NCBI RefSeq assembly: GCF_018977255.1
Contig: NW_024704743.1
Coordinates: 68,326,001-68,390,000, forward strand
DNA: 64,000 nucleotides
From: Callorhinchus milii
Lineage: Eukaryota
Direction: 5' to 3'
Positions 24,500 through 38,156 of the stretch are shown here, piece by piece; positions within the stretch are counted from its first letter, which is position 1; each line of letters opens with the position of its first letter. A program made the position numbers and the translations under genes. Below the pieces are notes generated by a model. That model worked only from the letters and a program-made list of their open reading frames with translations, did not search any database and had not been told where the DNA came from.

Positions 24500-25845
24500 T
24501 TTTTCATTTTGGAAGAGGGAGGTGTTAAAGACAGGTTGAGAGATGGCAAGAAGAAAGAAGGGGTTAAGGAGGTTAGGGGAATGAAATCTGAAAGGTTTGG
24601 CCACCATGGTGAGCCTGGGGGCGATGGGATGCAAGGCTGAGTCAGCCAAGTAGAGAGGATGAGCAGAGGACTGAGACAGAAGATCAGAGAGATAGGGAGA
24701 TGCATAGGTGTGAAGAGACTTATAGGTGAGGGGGAAGACTTTGAAATTGATCGGCTGGAAGACAGTGGAAGCTGAATAGGACTGTAGATACAGATGTAAA
24801 TGACAACCAAAAACAACAACAACTTGCATTTACAACAACAACAAGATTACATTTGTATGGCCCCTTTCACATCGGGAGGACGTCCCAAGGCTCTAATACT
24901 TATATAGTACCCTTCATGCAGGGTAGAGTCCCGGAGCGCTTGACAGTGGCAGAGTCTGACACAGAGCCAGTGGGAGAGGAAATGGGGAGCTGACTGTAAG
25001 CAAGATCAAAAAGGAAGGTCTTTAGACAGGATTTGAAAGTGTCGAGGGGTGGGGGGGGGGGCCAAGGTGGAGGGATTGAGGGACAGAGTTCCAGAGTTTT
25101 GGGGCATAGAAGGCACGGCCACCAATGGTGGAGCGGAGGGAACAAGGGACAAACAGGAGGCCGGAGCCAGCCGAGCAGAGGCAGCGGGTATTGGAGTGGG
25201 TGGTAAGCAGATTGTATAGGTAGGGAGGTGCAAGGACATGAAGGGATTTGAAAACAAGTGAGAGGATCTTGAAATTGATCCGTTCGGTAATTGGGAGCCA
25301 GTGGAACCTGACAAGGACTGGGTACGGAGTTTTCTGCGGGTGGTAATCAGGGCAGAGGAGTTTTTAATTAATTGAATTTTGTTACGGTGGAGCTGGGGAG
25401 ACCAGCGAGAATGGCATTGGAATAGTCCAGCCGGGACATGATGAACGCGTGGATGAAGCTTTCACCTGTGTTGGTTGTGAGGTACAGACAGAGGGGGGCA
25501 ACGTGACTGAGGTGGAAAAAAGCGGTCCTAGCCAGGGAACAGACATGGGGTAGAACGGAAAGCTGGGGATCAAACCTGACGCTTTAGTCACGCACGGGTT
25601 TGGTGAGTCCGCGGGAGAGCCTGGGGAAGTTGAGGAGTTCAGACCCGCACGAGAGATGACGTTGACGGGAGCCGAAGAGTATGGCTTCCATCTTGCTGAC
25701 ATTCACTTGTAGAAAACACGTTGACAGGACATCAGTGGACTGGGAGTTGCAGCTGGAGAGGAAGTAGATTTCGGTGTCATCCACATACATGTGGAAGTTG
25801 ACCCATGTGCTGGATGACATTGTCAAGAGGGAGCATGTAGAGCTA
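24500..25845 (-). mobile_element. Cluster of L2 fragments (24500-24800 and 24810-25845)
   Basis: NFHMYVDDTEIY RT motif near 25765-25800, HWLP-type C-terminus, several (TTG)n tails. Confidence 0.85.
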
Positions 25846-26562
25846 TGAGAATTATTTTGTTGCAAAAAACAATATTTTATTGGGATGCAATATGGATGTG
25901 AAGCTGAAGACAAGCTGGAAAAACTGGAAAAAAGTTGTAAACTTGTTCATTCAAATGAGAATAAGGGACCAATTGGAAAAACAAGTGGAATTCAATATAA
26001 AAAAGACCTTCTATTCTAAATAGTTTGGCATCTTTGACCTCTAAAGACTTCAACACAGTGCAGATTCCATATTCTTAAATGCACAAATGTGGCAAAAATA
26101 GTGTACATGGCTACCCTCTAAATCTTTGCACAATAGTGACCCACAAAGGCCAGCGAAGGAACTATCCTTAGCCCAAACACAGCCAAGGCAAATGATAGAG
26201 TGAACAAGAGAGAACAGCGGATCCGCCTGGTTTAGGCAACTGCTGATGTCCATTGGAGTGACCCTTCTTTTTCAATCATGCAAGTCAGAATCTGATAGGG
26301 ATTCAATTGTGATGGGATAGATTGAGACAAGGAGTGTACAGTAACAGTGTATATTTCTATTGTGATTGAATATTCATTGTTTATAATAATTTGAAAGTTA
26401 TCATCTTGGTTAGTTTTAGCAGTTTTGTTATATACTCATAATGTGATTTCCTGTTATTAATATACAACAAGTATATTGCTGCAGCTAGCAAACTGAGCAT
26501 AATCTCTCCCATTTTGTCACCGCACATGTGTTGTTCTCTATCTCAGACTCCATCTTTGAATT

Positions 26563-26933
26563 GGACCGTTGGACCATGACTAGGCCCCACACTCCAGGCA
26601 GAATCAATGAAATTATTCGGCAGAAAGACTTGCTGTATTACCAGTTGAGGTTGCAACACCAGAAAACCACAAAAACATAAGACATAGGACCATTGGACCA
26701 TGACCAGGTCCCACCCTCCATGCAAAATCAATGAAATTATTCAGCAGAAACACTTGCTGTATTACCAGTTGAGGTTGCAACACCATAAAACTACAAGACC
26801 ATAAGACATAGGACCATTGGACCATGACCAGGCCCCACCCTACAGGCAGAATTAATGAAATGATTCAGCAGAAAACTTGCTGTATTACCAATTGAGGTTG
26901 CAACACCATAAGACCATAAGACCATAAGACGTA
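26563..26933. repeat. Tandem triplication, 124-bp unit, joined to a CR1 tail
   Basis: Units start at 26563, 26687 and 26811 (ggacc(a/g)ttggaccatgac...). Confidence 0.92.
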
Positions 26934-28250
26934 GGAGCAGGAGTAGGCCATTCAGCCCCTCGAGCCTGCCGTGCCATTCAATAAGATCGTGGTTGATCTT
27001 CTAACCTATTTACATTTTCCCGCCCTATCCCCATATACCTTAATCCCTCTATCCTTTAGAAATCTATCAACCTCAATCTTGAATATGTTCAAGGACTGAG
27101 CATCCACAGCCTTCTGGGGTAGAGAATTCCACAAATTCATTACACTTTGAGTGAAGAAATGCTTTTTCATCTCAGTTTGAAAAGGCTGACCCTTAATCTT
27201 GAGACTATGCCCTCTAGTTTTAGATTCTCCAACCATGGGAAACAGTCTCACGGCATCTACTCTGTCAAGACCTTTAAGAATCTTATAAGTTTCTATAAGA
27301 TCACCTCTAATTCTTCTATATTCTCGAGAATATAGGCCTAGTCTACTCAACCTCTCCTCGTAGGTCAACCCCTTCATCCCAGGAACCAACCTAGTGAATC
27401 TGCGCTGCACCCCCTCTAAGGCGAGTATGTCCTTTCTTAAATAAGGAGACCAAAACTGCACACAATATTCTAGGTGAGGTCTCACCAAGACCTTATACAC
27501 CTGCAGCAAGACTTCCCTACTCTTGTACTCTAACCCTTTTGCAACAAACACCAACATGGCATTAGTCTTCCTAGTTGCTTGCTGTACCTGCATACTAACT
27601 TGTTGTGACTGGTGTACAAGGACACCCAAATCCCTCTGAACACTAACACTACCTAGTCTCTCCCCCGCTGGAAAATAATTCGCTTTTCTATTTTTACTAC
27701 CTAGGTGAATAACTTCACACTTCTCCACATTATACTCCATCTGCCACCTTCTTGCCCACTCACCTAGCCGGTCTATTTCCCTTTGCATTCTTTGTGTGTC
27801 ATCCTCACAGCTTACTCTCCCACCTATGTTTATATTGTTCGCAAATTTAGATATGTTAAGTTCCATTTCCTCATCTAAATCATTGATATAGACTGTAAAT
27901 AATTGAGGCCCAAGCACTGATCCTTGTGGCACTCCACTAGTCACATCCTGCCAATCTGAGAAGGACCCGTTTATCCCTACTCTCTGTTTTCTTCCTGTTA
28001 GCTACTTTCCAATCCATGCTAATATATTAGCTTTAATTCCATGGGCTCTAATCTTATGCAACAGCCTTTTATGTGGCACCTTGTCGGATGCCTTCTGGAA
28101 ATCCAAACAAATACACCACATCTACTGGTTCCCTTCTATCTAACCTGCTAGTTATATCCTCAAAAAACTCTATAAGATTTGTTAAACATGATTTCCCTTT
28201 CGTAAAGCCATGTTGACTCTGCCTAATCATGTTATGATTTTCTGAGTACC
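26904..28250 (-). mobile_element. CR1 LINE, 5'-truncated, RT domain and 3' tail
   Basis: SQHGFTKGKSCLTNL, GVPQGSVLGP, FANN (decayed FADD), RPHLEYCVQFWSP; frameshift near 28110; (TCTTATGG)n tail. Confidence 0.97.
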
Positions 28251-30892
28251 AGCCCCAGACTCCAATTGTGGTGGGATCTCCAGTTTTAACAATATGTAGC
28301 TTACAAGGAATCAAGAACTTCACATTGTGTTTGGAAATGAGTAAGTGCTGACCTTAAACTACAAGGCTGCAAAAATGCAACATATTAGAGAGGAAGAAGA
28401 TGTTGTCTAGTGTCAAAGGAGTTTACTTCCCAGGTGAAATGAAAAATCAATAACCAATCTTTGGAGCATGTTGAAGGTGTTCCTGGACAGTGATCGCTCA
28501 AAGATGGTTATTTAGTCGCAAAGTATCTACTTCTACGAAGCTTGGTATTTCTCAAAACTTTTGTGGGTAAGGACGCAAAAAAATATTGCTGTAAAAACAC
28601 TTGCTGAGGATGATTTAGATCATGGAGTGAGTCAATCCTGAAGGTCTAAGACTCAATAAACTCATCAAAGGATTTCAGGTGGAAAGCAAGAGAGGATACA
28701 TTTCAAACATTCTTAAGAGAGCCATATGTTGAATGGTTTTGAGGAAGCAGAAAACTTCTGTCAAACATGGGTAGTTAATATGAAGATTTTCTAAAATTAT
28801 GCTTTAAAGCAGATTTTTAGATATGCAAACAGCTTAAGGAAACAATCAGCACGTGTGTCTGTTCAGAGGCTGAAAGCTGGCGTATTAAATGTAATGAGCA
28901 GCGTGGGTGCTGGGAACATTAGACAAGGTGCTAAGAAGTCATGTATCAACATTCCCAGCCTCTCTGCTAATGGCTCAAAATTAGGCTTTTTTAAAATCTG
29001 GAAGTTATCCTTTGGGGAGTTAATTTTAATTATTGTGTGAAAAATTGTGTAAGTAATGATGATAAAAATGGAGGTATGAATTGTAGGATAACACTATTAA
29101 ACACCATTATTAAGAAACATCCCTTTAGTCCTAAGGGGGGATTTATAATGGAGAGTTAACAACAAAGAGAGTCATCCAAGGCACATGCTGAAACCAAAGG
29201 AAGTAGTAAAATGGCAAATTGAATGTTTTGCTTTTCAGATTATCTTTATTGAAATCTTGGTAAAAGTGTGCACTTCTAGTTTCTTAAATTTTCAAAACTA
29301 TAGCTCCGTGTATCCATTTTATATTTACAATATATATTCATTGCAAAATCTCCTCCTCACCTGTACAGTCCACTCACTTAATGATATTGCTTGCTACTTC
29401 ACTTTTATTCAACAAACAAAATAAGTTAAAATAATTCATACCCTTTGTATAAATAATACATGCCTGTTGAAACTCAGGCCACAGCAACATTTGGAAACGG
29501 ATGAGACTAAACCATAAAGAGAATAGAATACAAATTTACATTTATATAGTGCCTTTCATGTCGGGAGGATGTCCCAAAGCACTAGACAGTCCAGGTTTGG
29601 ACAAGAGGTGGGGGGAGGAGGAAAGGTGGCCAATAGCACAGTCAATGAGGAAAGTCTTGAGGTGGACTTTGAAGGAGACAAGTGAAAGGGTGAGTCTATA
29701 TCAAATATATATTTGATATATAATATCAACGGGTATCAGAAAATAAAATGGGACCCAATTAGGAGAACCAATGGGCATAATGTAGATAGCTCTTGTGCGG
29801 GTATAATGAGCTGAATGGCCCTTTTCTGTGCTGTAAACATAGCTTCTATCAATACAAGACCAGGAGACAGGTAACCAAAGTGTCGTGAGCCATATTGTTT
29901 TTGACCCTTTCATGTTGGTGATATTGATAGTATTGGTGAAAAAACTGCTGGGATTGAATACATCTTTGTAATGCGTCCTGGCTCGCTCCATTATTTTATA
30001 AGTAGTAACATACACAAGATTTGTTAATAAAAACATCAGGAGGACACAAAAACACATTGATTCATTTCCCTTTCTTATGTATTTGCTTTCAAGTCATAAT
30101 TTTCTATATCGAGAAGCTCCCATGATGATCCAAGGTCACTTGAAGTCAGAATCACCATCAAATGTTGGAACCAGCCAACTGCTTCTGACACTGCTGTGCT
30201 GGTTGTCTATGAAATTAGGTCATTTTGCTGAGCATATGGCTGACATAATAAATGTTCCCATGGCAGCCACACTTCACCCAAGAGGGCAAACCTGCTGCCC
30301 TATCTGTGAGTCTGAGCAATTGTAGTATTATTTAGTTTTTGAAATATTGCAATAACGTTTCTCTTAAATGGCAGAAATAATTTGGAGATATTTGGAATAT
30401 TATTAGTGGTAGAATCATTACACAGTACTGTTACCTTTTGCAACTAGAATATTGTTTTTGAGTGTTCAATTGAAAGAAATGAATAACATTAAACTGATTT
30501 ACCTCAAACAAATTCCAGGCACAGAACAACATTTTTCCCTTTTACAAAATGCAGGATTTAGTGTTTAACAGCAATGAATACCGAAAATAAAAAGTTCAGT
30601 CAGTATCTTAACCAATAACACTCAATGTGTATGTATTCTTCTATGCAGGAGGCTGTTTCAAACAGTATGTAGGTCAAAGTAGGTCAATCTGATGAGCGTG
30701 AGGTTGACATAATGAACGTTTATTCAATAAATAACAACTACAACAACAACTTGGATTTATATAGCACCCTTCACAGGGGATAGCATCTTGGAGCATCAGA
30801 AGAACAAACGCTGCAGCAGTTTGAGCTTATTGTTACCTTCATTTTACTAAAATAACCAATGGTTACCGTTGACTTTTGTTCAAATCTTGGGG

Positions 30893-31176
30893 CGTCAGCT
30901 TGGCTCATCTAGTAACATTCTCGCCTCTGAGTCAGAAAGTTGTGGGTTCAAGCACTACATTGAGGAAACACTTCTTCACTCAGAGGGTAGTGAATTTATG
31001 GAATTCTCTATCCCAGAAGGCTGTAGATGTTCAGTCCTTGAACATATTCAAGACTGAGGTTGATAGATTTCTAAAGGGTAGAAGGGTTAAGGGATATGGG
31101 GATAAGGCAGGCAGATGGAGTTAGGTTAGAAGATCAGCCATGATCTCATTGAATGGCGGGGAAGGTTCGAGGGGCC

Positions 31177-31216
<40 letters not shown>

Positions 31217-31905
31217 CCTTGCATTTGATATAGCGCTTTTCACGTTGGGAGGACATTTCAAAGAGCTTCACAGAACACACTGTAAAGTGAATTGACTGTA
31301 TATTTGTGGGCGAACGCGGCAGCCAATTACGCACAGCAATGTCCCACAAACAGTCGTAGATTGAAAATGACCAATTTATTATTGTTTTTGGTTTTGGAGG
31401 GATTATTATTAGGTGTGTGGAGTAAGGAAACTTGCCCAAGGTTTCGCCCTGCCTGGAATTGAACTCAGGTCTCTCACTTGCAAAGCGAGTGCTCTAACCA
31501 CTGAGCTACAGGACTCCACGAATGGCCTACTCCTAATTCCTATGTTCCTATGTTCTGTTGAGACTTTAAGATCATATATGGTCCAATGAGGTGCTAGGCT
31601 GCACTGCACTATTGAAGTTGCCATCTTTCAGATGAGACGTTAAACTGAGGTCCTGTCTGTAAGTTCAAATGGATGTTAAAGATCCTATGGCATTATTCGA
31701 AAAGAGAAGGGAGTTTCTCCTGATGTCTTGGCCCAACCTACCCACCCCAAACAAAATTGGATATTGATTTCATAGCTGTTTATGAAACATTGTGCCAAAT
31801 TGCTGTTGTGTTCTCTTACAAATAGTCACTGTGCTTTAAGGTTTACAATATATCCTGCTTTGATACAGCTTCTTGCTATATTTATCAAATGCAAGGATTT
31901 TATTA
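30893..31905 (+). mobile_element. Old DeuSINE-type SINE interrupted by a CR1 3' fragment (30965-31557), itself interrupted by a SINE
   Basis: Head 30893-30960 continues at 31558 with cagatgagacgttaaactgaggtcc...aaagatcctatggcattattcgaa. Confidence 0.85.
31179..31518 (-). mobile_element. tRNA-Ala-headed SINE, short variant, full length
   Basis: Near-identical to 15989-16320; long (ATT)n tail; cgaat on both flanks (31176-31180, 31519-31523). Confidence 0.92.
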
Positions 31906-32289
31906 AAAAAATCAATTTCCCATCAATTTCTATTGTATTAAATTACTCATAAAAGTTTAATGCTAAAATAATTGATTGTCCCTTTTTTAAAATTCTAAAT
32001 ATGCTGAATATAATTAATCTTCTGTCAAGATTTTATTTAGAAGCAACTTTAATTTAGATGTCTAATCAATTTTGGGGGTGCTGTGGGTTGGATATTTCTC
32101 CTTGTGTTATCAATTTACTGGGATTAACACCTGCAGTATAAATCTCTGCTCTGAGTTTTAACAGTAATTACAAAAGTGACATATTGACTGCCAGTTTGCA
32201 TGTCATACTAAACTCTGCAGCCAGCAGTAAACTAGAGTGTAAGGCTGAATCTGAATTAAAGGCTAAAATGGGGCATTATGGTAGCAATA

Positions 32290-33030
32290 AAACTTGCATT
32301 TGATCTAACGTCTTATCACGTCATCAAAATGCTTCACAGGAATTACTGCAAAGTGAAATCACTGTATTGGTCGGTGACCACGACAGCTAATTGGCACACG
32401 GGAATGTCTCACAAGCAGCCATGAAGTGAATGACTATTCTTCTCTGAAGGATTGTTGGCCAGGACACCAGGAGAAACTCCTTTCTCTTTTTGAATAGTGT
32501 CATTGGATCTTTTACTCTCATCTAAGCAGGTAGACAGGACTTCAGTTTAATCTCTTCTGAAGGACAGCACATCTGACATTGGAGTATTACATTTTTGGAG
32601 ATGCCATCTTCCAAATGAGACATTAAACTGAGGTCCCATCTGGCTTTTTAGGTGGACATTAAAGAACCCACGACAATATTTAAAAAGAGAAAGGAATTTC
32701 TCCCATTGTGCTGTCCAAGAATCCTGCAGATAAGAATTGTCATTCACTTCATCACAATTCTGCGTGCAAATTGTCTGCCGTGTTCACCTACAAATATATA
32801 TATATATATATATATAGTGAATCCACATAAGAATATAAGAACTTGCTAGGCAAAAGAAGACCAAGGTACATCCAGATCGCCTTCCACCATTCTTGCAGTC
32901 GCATGACATGTCATGTCCCCGAACTATATACTGTATCCCAAGATATTACATCACAGTCAAATTCCTATGAAATGCTTTGAGACATTCTGACAACATGATA
33001 AGGCGCTAGATCAATTATAAAGATCATTAT
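32290..33030. mobile_element. Two old DeuSINE-type bodies in inverted orientation (- 32290-32580, + 32595-33030)
   Basis: The same attaaactga(a/g)gtcc...aaaaagagaaagga(g/a)tttctcc segment reads outward on both strands from about 32585. Confidence 0.75.
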
Positions 33031-34059
33031 TTTGTTATGAAACAGTAGAAGACTCAATCAGATGTAGCTTAGTGCAATATGTCAAATACCAATTAGCAGC
33101 AGAACATAGATTTACAAATTCATAGGGATGAAATGTGCAAATTTGCTGGATGTGATAATTTTCACCAGTGGTAATTAGCACAAGTAGCGAATTTATGACG
33201 AATACTTAATATCTATTTGGGAATGAGCAATCCTCCCACTAGTCTATCCTTCTACCCCATTGTGTCAGCCTGGCTCAGTTAGTAGCAATGAGATCATGAT
33301 AGGCACTATTTAAAAAGGGAAACGAGCTTCTCAGTAGAATTGTTGCGAGCACAACAATTCTACAGAATAAAATGGTCACTCATTTCACGGCTGTTTGTAG
33401 GACGTTGCTGTGTGCAAATTGACTGCCACATTCACCCACAAAAGGCAGAGTCACTTCACTTTACTTTGGGATGTCCTCCTATGAAAGATTTTATATCAAA
33501 TATAAGGATTATTATTATATTGTGTACTGAATTGTCACCATCTTCAATTTCACCAGTACCAACAGTGTTTTTTTTAATTCTATCCCCTATACCAGCTGTT
33601 TGATTGAAAATTCTTGGTGTTCAATTTATGTTTAAGCCACTATCTGGGGAAAAAACATACTTCCTGGCCTCAGTGCCAGATTTGTTTACAACAACAACAG
33701 TAACAAAAACAACAACTTATGTGAACCCATACCCTTCTCGCGGTTAGTGTCTGTTTTTAGAGCTTGTTCTTGAGCCATGTCAAATGTGTTAGGAAAATTG
33801 GAATTTCAATTGTTAATTACTGACTGATTTCAGATGCAAATGATTCAGATGTGATGGTCGGGCCCTAAATCATTGGTGGTCACTAACTTTCTTGCTTCTT
33901 GTTGTGGAGAATGTCATTTCACTTCCTCCTCACAGAATACCAGCCTAAGGTAGTCTGAGACAGGTAATATCCCACAAAGGAACTTTAAAACCCCTTCTAT
34001 ACTATTAGAAACAAATGTGACATTTATGAAATCTTCAATCTTAAGTATTGTTCTCCTCA

Positions 34060-34742
34060 CCTCTCCTCATCTCAGCTGCTGACCGCATCAATCTACACAA
34101 ATGCTCACTCCATCTCATAAAGCCGATGTAGAACCTCAATGTCTTGTTTGAGCCCAACAGCTTTCCGTTAACTTGCACAATATTATCCACCTCTGCCACT
34201 CCCTCTCCCCCCAGTCTGCTGATACCCTTATTCAGATCTTCATCACATCAGGCTTTATGATTCGAAACCTCTGCTCACCGTACTCCCCAGGTCCTCCCAC
34301 ACAAACAACAGTTCAGGTTCTGGGAGCCTATCATCTCCATCCTTATGCAGCTCCATTCCCCAAATGGATCAATTTCAAGATCCTTATCCTCACATTAAAA
34401 TACGACCACGACCTCGCCCCATCCTACCACTATAACTTCCTGGACCCATACCCATTTAGCTGCTCCCTCCTCTGAGCTAACATCAGATTGCATCATGCCC
34501 CCTAATCTCCCAACCCACCATCAGTGGATGAGCTTTCAGCCATTCTGCCACAGTCTCTGGAGCTCCATCCAGATGTCTATTCACCTTGCCCTTCCATCCT
34601 ACATTTAAAGCCTGCTTTAAGATTTATCCCTTTGACCTCGCTTTTGGTTATTTCCCCCCCAGCTCAGATGCCCAATCAACTGTGTGAAGTGATTTGAGAC
34701 ATCCTCCCAACAGGACAGGTCCTAATAATGTAAATTGTTGTT
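34060..34742 (+). mobile_element. Old L2 3' fragment
   Basis: Decayed ...LSPQSADTLIQIFITS..., ...INFKILILTLK...DLAPSY...; L2 tail. Confidence 0.75.
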
Positions 34743-36449
34743 TCATTGATCTACGACATATCATTCTATATATGTCCATTTGAAGGAACTAGTCAACTAA
34801 ACATCTCAAATGCATTGCAATTTGTGAAGCATGAATGAGTGTCAGCAAATTAAGCAAAGACAGGCAACTTGTAAAGGTATAGCTTCTCCTTAACTTTCTT
34901 CACATCCCAGTTCCACATCACATTATTATGCCATGACCCAAAATATATTCAGAGCCTTGAATTTGCTCGAGGTCTCAGACATGAGGATCCACTCATAGAC
35001 CTTTTCCTAAGAGTTGTCTTTCTCCTGTCAGCAGTCAGGAGCAGTGGGGTGAGATCAGATGGACAGAAGGTCCTTCATCATTTGAACTCATCAATTCTGT
35101 GCCAGGTGGTCTACATCCATATTCTAGTCATATATTTTCAATTAAAGCAATACAGTGACATCTGGTTGTATATTTGTCACCCGTTTGACCAAAATGGTTT
35201 TGGCCTCAAAAAAAAGCTTTGTACCCTGAATCCTTTCAGTGATGCTAAAACTAGGTGCAGTATAATCAAACATATCGATACCACCTGTTTACTCGATATA
35301 TACCATTGTTAAGGCATGCTTTTACGTAAATGGCACTATATATATGCAAATTGTTGTGTTGATAAAACAGTTATATAGATGTATCCTTCATTTCAGATTG
35401 TTACATGAACTGACAAGTTTACACTGATACATAATAAAGCGGAAACTCATAACTCACAAATATGCCTATAAATTTTAAAAAGCAGAATTCTATGCAATGG
35501 AATTTTCCTGGCTCAGTGTGCAGCTCTCTGCTCTGGTATAAATTATAGAGAGACAAATCTGTGCCAGGTTTTTCTCTGTAGAAGCCATTACATCTTTGAC
35601 GAGTACAATTTCTCCAAGTTGCTTATTATAAGCAATCTTTTGCTTGACAGCTTTTTCACATCATCCATCTCTTGACTGCCATTACTTCCTCTTTGAAACT
35701 GTATTAATTTTTGTTTGCAATTGCTGCCTAGTGCAATGTTGAGGTATAGGGTATGTTTATTTGGAGCCAAAATGATTGTTTTTTTACATCTTAATACTCA
35801 TTCACAAGAATATCAAGTTCAGACACTATAACCACCAGAGGAGCATTTATGGTATTGCCTTTTCTCAATATTTGACACTGCTCTCTAGCGGAAAAGACAG
35901 CACTTGGATTGTTCTTAAGTTAAGGTGCTTTTTTTCCATGTCACTAAACTAAATTCACTGGCTCAACTTATATTTGACTTGCTGTGCAAAATACTACACA
36001 TTGTAGTATTTCCTTGTTGAAGCTTCTGAGACATGTAAAATGTAAAGTGATGAAAGTCTAGCCCACAAAGTTTAGCAAGTTTTTTTTAATTAATTCAGTA
36101 ATAAAAATATCCCTTGCATTTGATATGGTGGGAGGATTTCTCAAAGTGTGTCATAGGGTTTACTGTTTAGTGACTGTGTATTTTGCAGGTGACCAATTTG
36201 TGCAAGCCAGCCATGACGTGATTGACCAATTTTATCTGCAGGATAGTTGACCAGGAAACCAAGAGAAGCTCCCTTCTCTTTGATTGATTTTGTAGCGAAT
36301 GAATTGACAGACTTAACTTCATTTTTTCTATAGTTTTACTGCATCTCACTTAAATTTGGATTGGACATCATTTGTATTGTACTAGCAGGTCACTTTGAAG
36401 ACAATATGTGATTCAGAAGATCAACATTCTGTGAGTGAACTTCATACTA

Positions 36450-36990
36450 GCTGGCTGTATCTCTATGGGATAACACTCATTTACATTATGGAAGTAGTAC
36501 ACTTTGCAGTTAATGTGTGCTTGGCAGCCATACCAACATTCTGCAAATGGATCTATGTTGTCTACAGTCTATAAGTTACCACACATTTGTATATTCCAAC
36601 CATGTCACCTTGATGAATATGTGGCACAAACTTCCAAGGGAAGATGTATGTCACCAAAATCACGAGGAATTGTTTATTTGGTAAAGAATTCATTGGCCAT
36701 AAATAATTCATTGTTGGATCTTGAATTTTACTTAGATGTGGATTCCAGCTCCACCATCCACATAAGGGTTGATGGGAGACACACTGAACCTTGGAGGGGA
36801 TAAGGTTAGGCTGTCCACTATCACCTATTTTATTCAATCTCAATGACGTATTTAATTGAGAGGGACAGATATGTGTATGTGTTCCAGGCGTTTCTGAAAG
36901 CATTGCAATGCTTCTGTTTGCAGATGCTGTTGGTTGCACTTACCATCTTGAACATTGGGCAACTCATTGGGGATTGTGGTGGACATAAAT
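36450..36990 (+). mobile_element. Degenerate reverse-transcriptase fragment of a non-LTR element, not CR1 or L2
   Basis: One frame 36797-36931 reads GIRLGCPLSPILFNLNDVFN*EGQICVCVPGVSESIAMLLFADAV (RT motifs GxxQGCPLSP and LLFADD); boundaries uncertain. Confidence 0.65.
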
Positions 36991-38156
36991 TTTGGCTTGG
37001 ACATTGTCCTGAGGGACCGTGCTGAGAAGGGATGAAGGACACTCTGGGCATTGTTGTTTCCCTTCAATGAGAGCAGAGTCCCAAAAGAGATAAAGCTTGT
37101 GGAGCATCTCCACCCGCAAAAGAGGGTTATCTTTCCGTTCACTTCAAAGTCAAGGATCAAGCAGTGAAGTGGATTTGTGTAAAAAGGGGTATCAGCTGCA
37201 GAGAAATGGCCTAAGCCTACACTGAGGTGGAATCACCTTCACAGCAGCACGTCCATTTACTAAAGATTCTCAAATGGATTAAGTAGTTGTTGAGTAACGG
37301 ACTGGAACTTTAATGTTTTGATCCTATAATTTAGTCAGAAGTTTAGGTGCATGTGGAAGGAGGGCAATTCCACCCGCTTATGCATGTAACATCTCCTAAA
37401 ATTGATTATCGAGGCACTGTTGGCTACTTATGTTAATCAGGGTTTAGTCCAGACTTCTGCACTCTCATATATTGCATATTCTCCAATGTAATGTGCTATT
37501 CATTTGGATCCTGTTATTCCTTTGTACTTTTGGAAACCTCCAGAATTTGCAATCTGTGCTTTGCTACACTATAAATCAAATCAAAGACTCTGGATGAAGA
37601 GATAGAATTAACGTTTGGGATAAAGCAGTCTCACAGGCTGAAGCTAAGCAGAATTTGGGGCCAGAAGACATCCAGAAATTACAGCACAGAAGGAGGCAAT
37701 TTAGCCTATTGAATTCATGCCAGTACTATAAAGGGCAAGCTTAGGACAGACACCAGGAAGTATTTCCTTAGGTGGACGTAATTAACAGCTGGGACAGAGT
37801 TACCAGGTAGGGTCGTTAAGGGCAAGATCCTAAATAATAATAATAATCACTGCGTTTAATCTAATGCTTCATCATGGCATCTCAAAGTGCTTCACATGAT
37901 ACACTGTAAAGTGATATGACTGTGTGTATTTTGTGGACAAGCACGGTAGCCAATATGTTGGATTCATTTAAGAAATGGTTTTATGCTGTAACGAAAGGAT
38001 GGTAGAGCAACTATTCAAATGGGCTAAAGGGCCTTCTTCATCTAAAACTCTCTTGTGACCAATACAGCAATATATCCAATGCATTCAACTTGAATTGCTG
38101 ATCAAAATACTGTACACAGATTCCAATGTAGTAAAGCGTGGAAGGAATTTAATATT

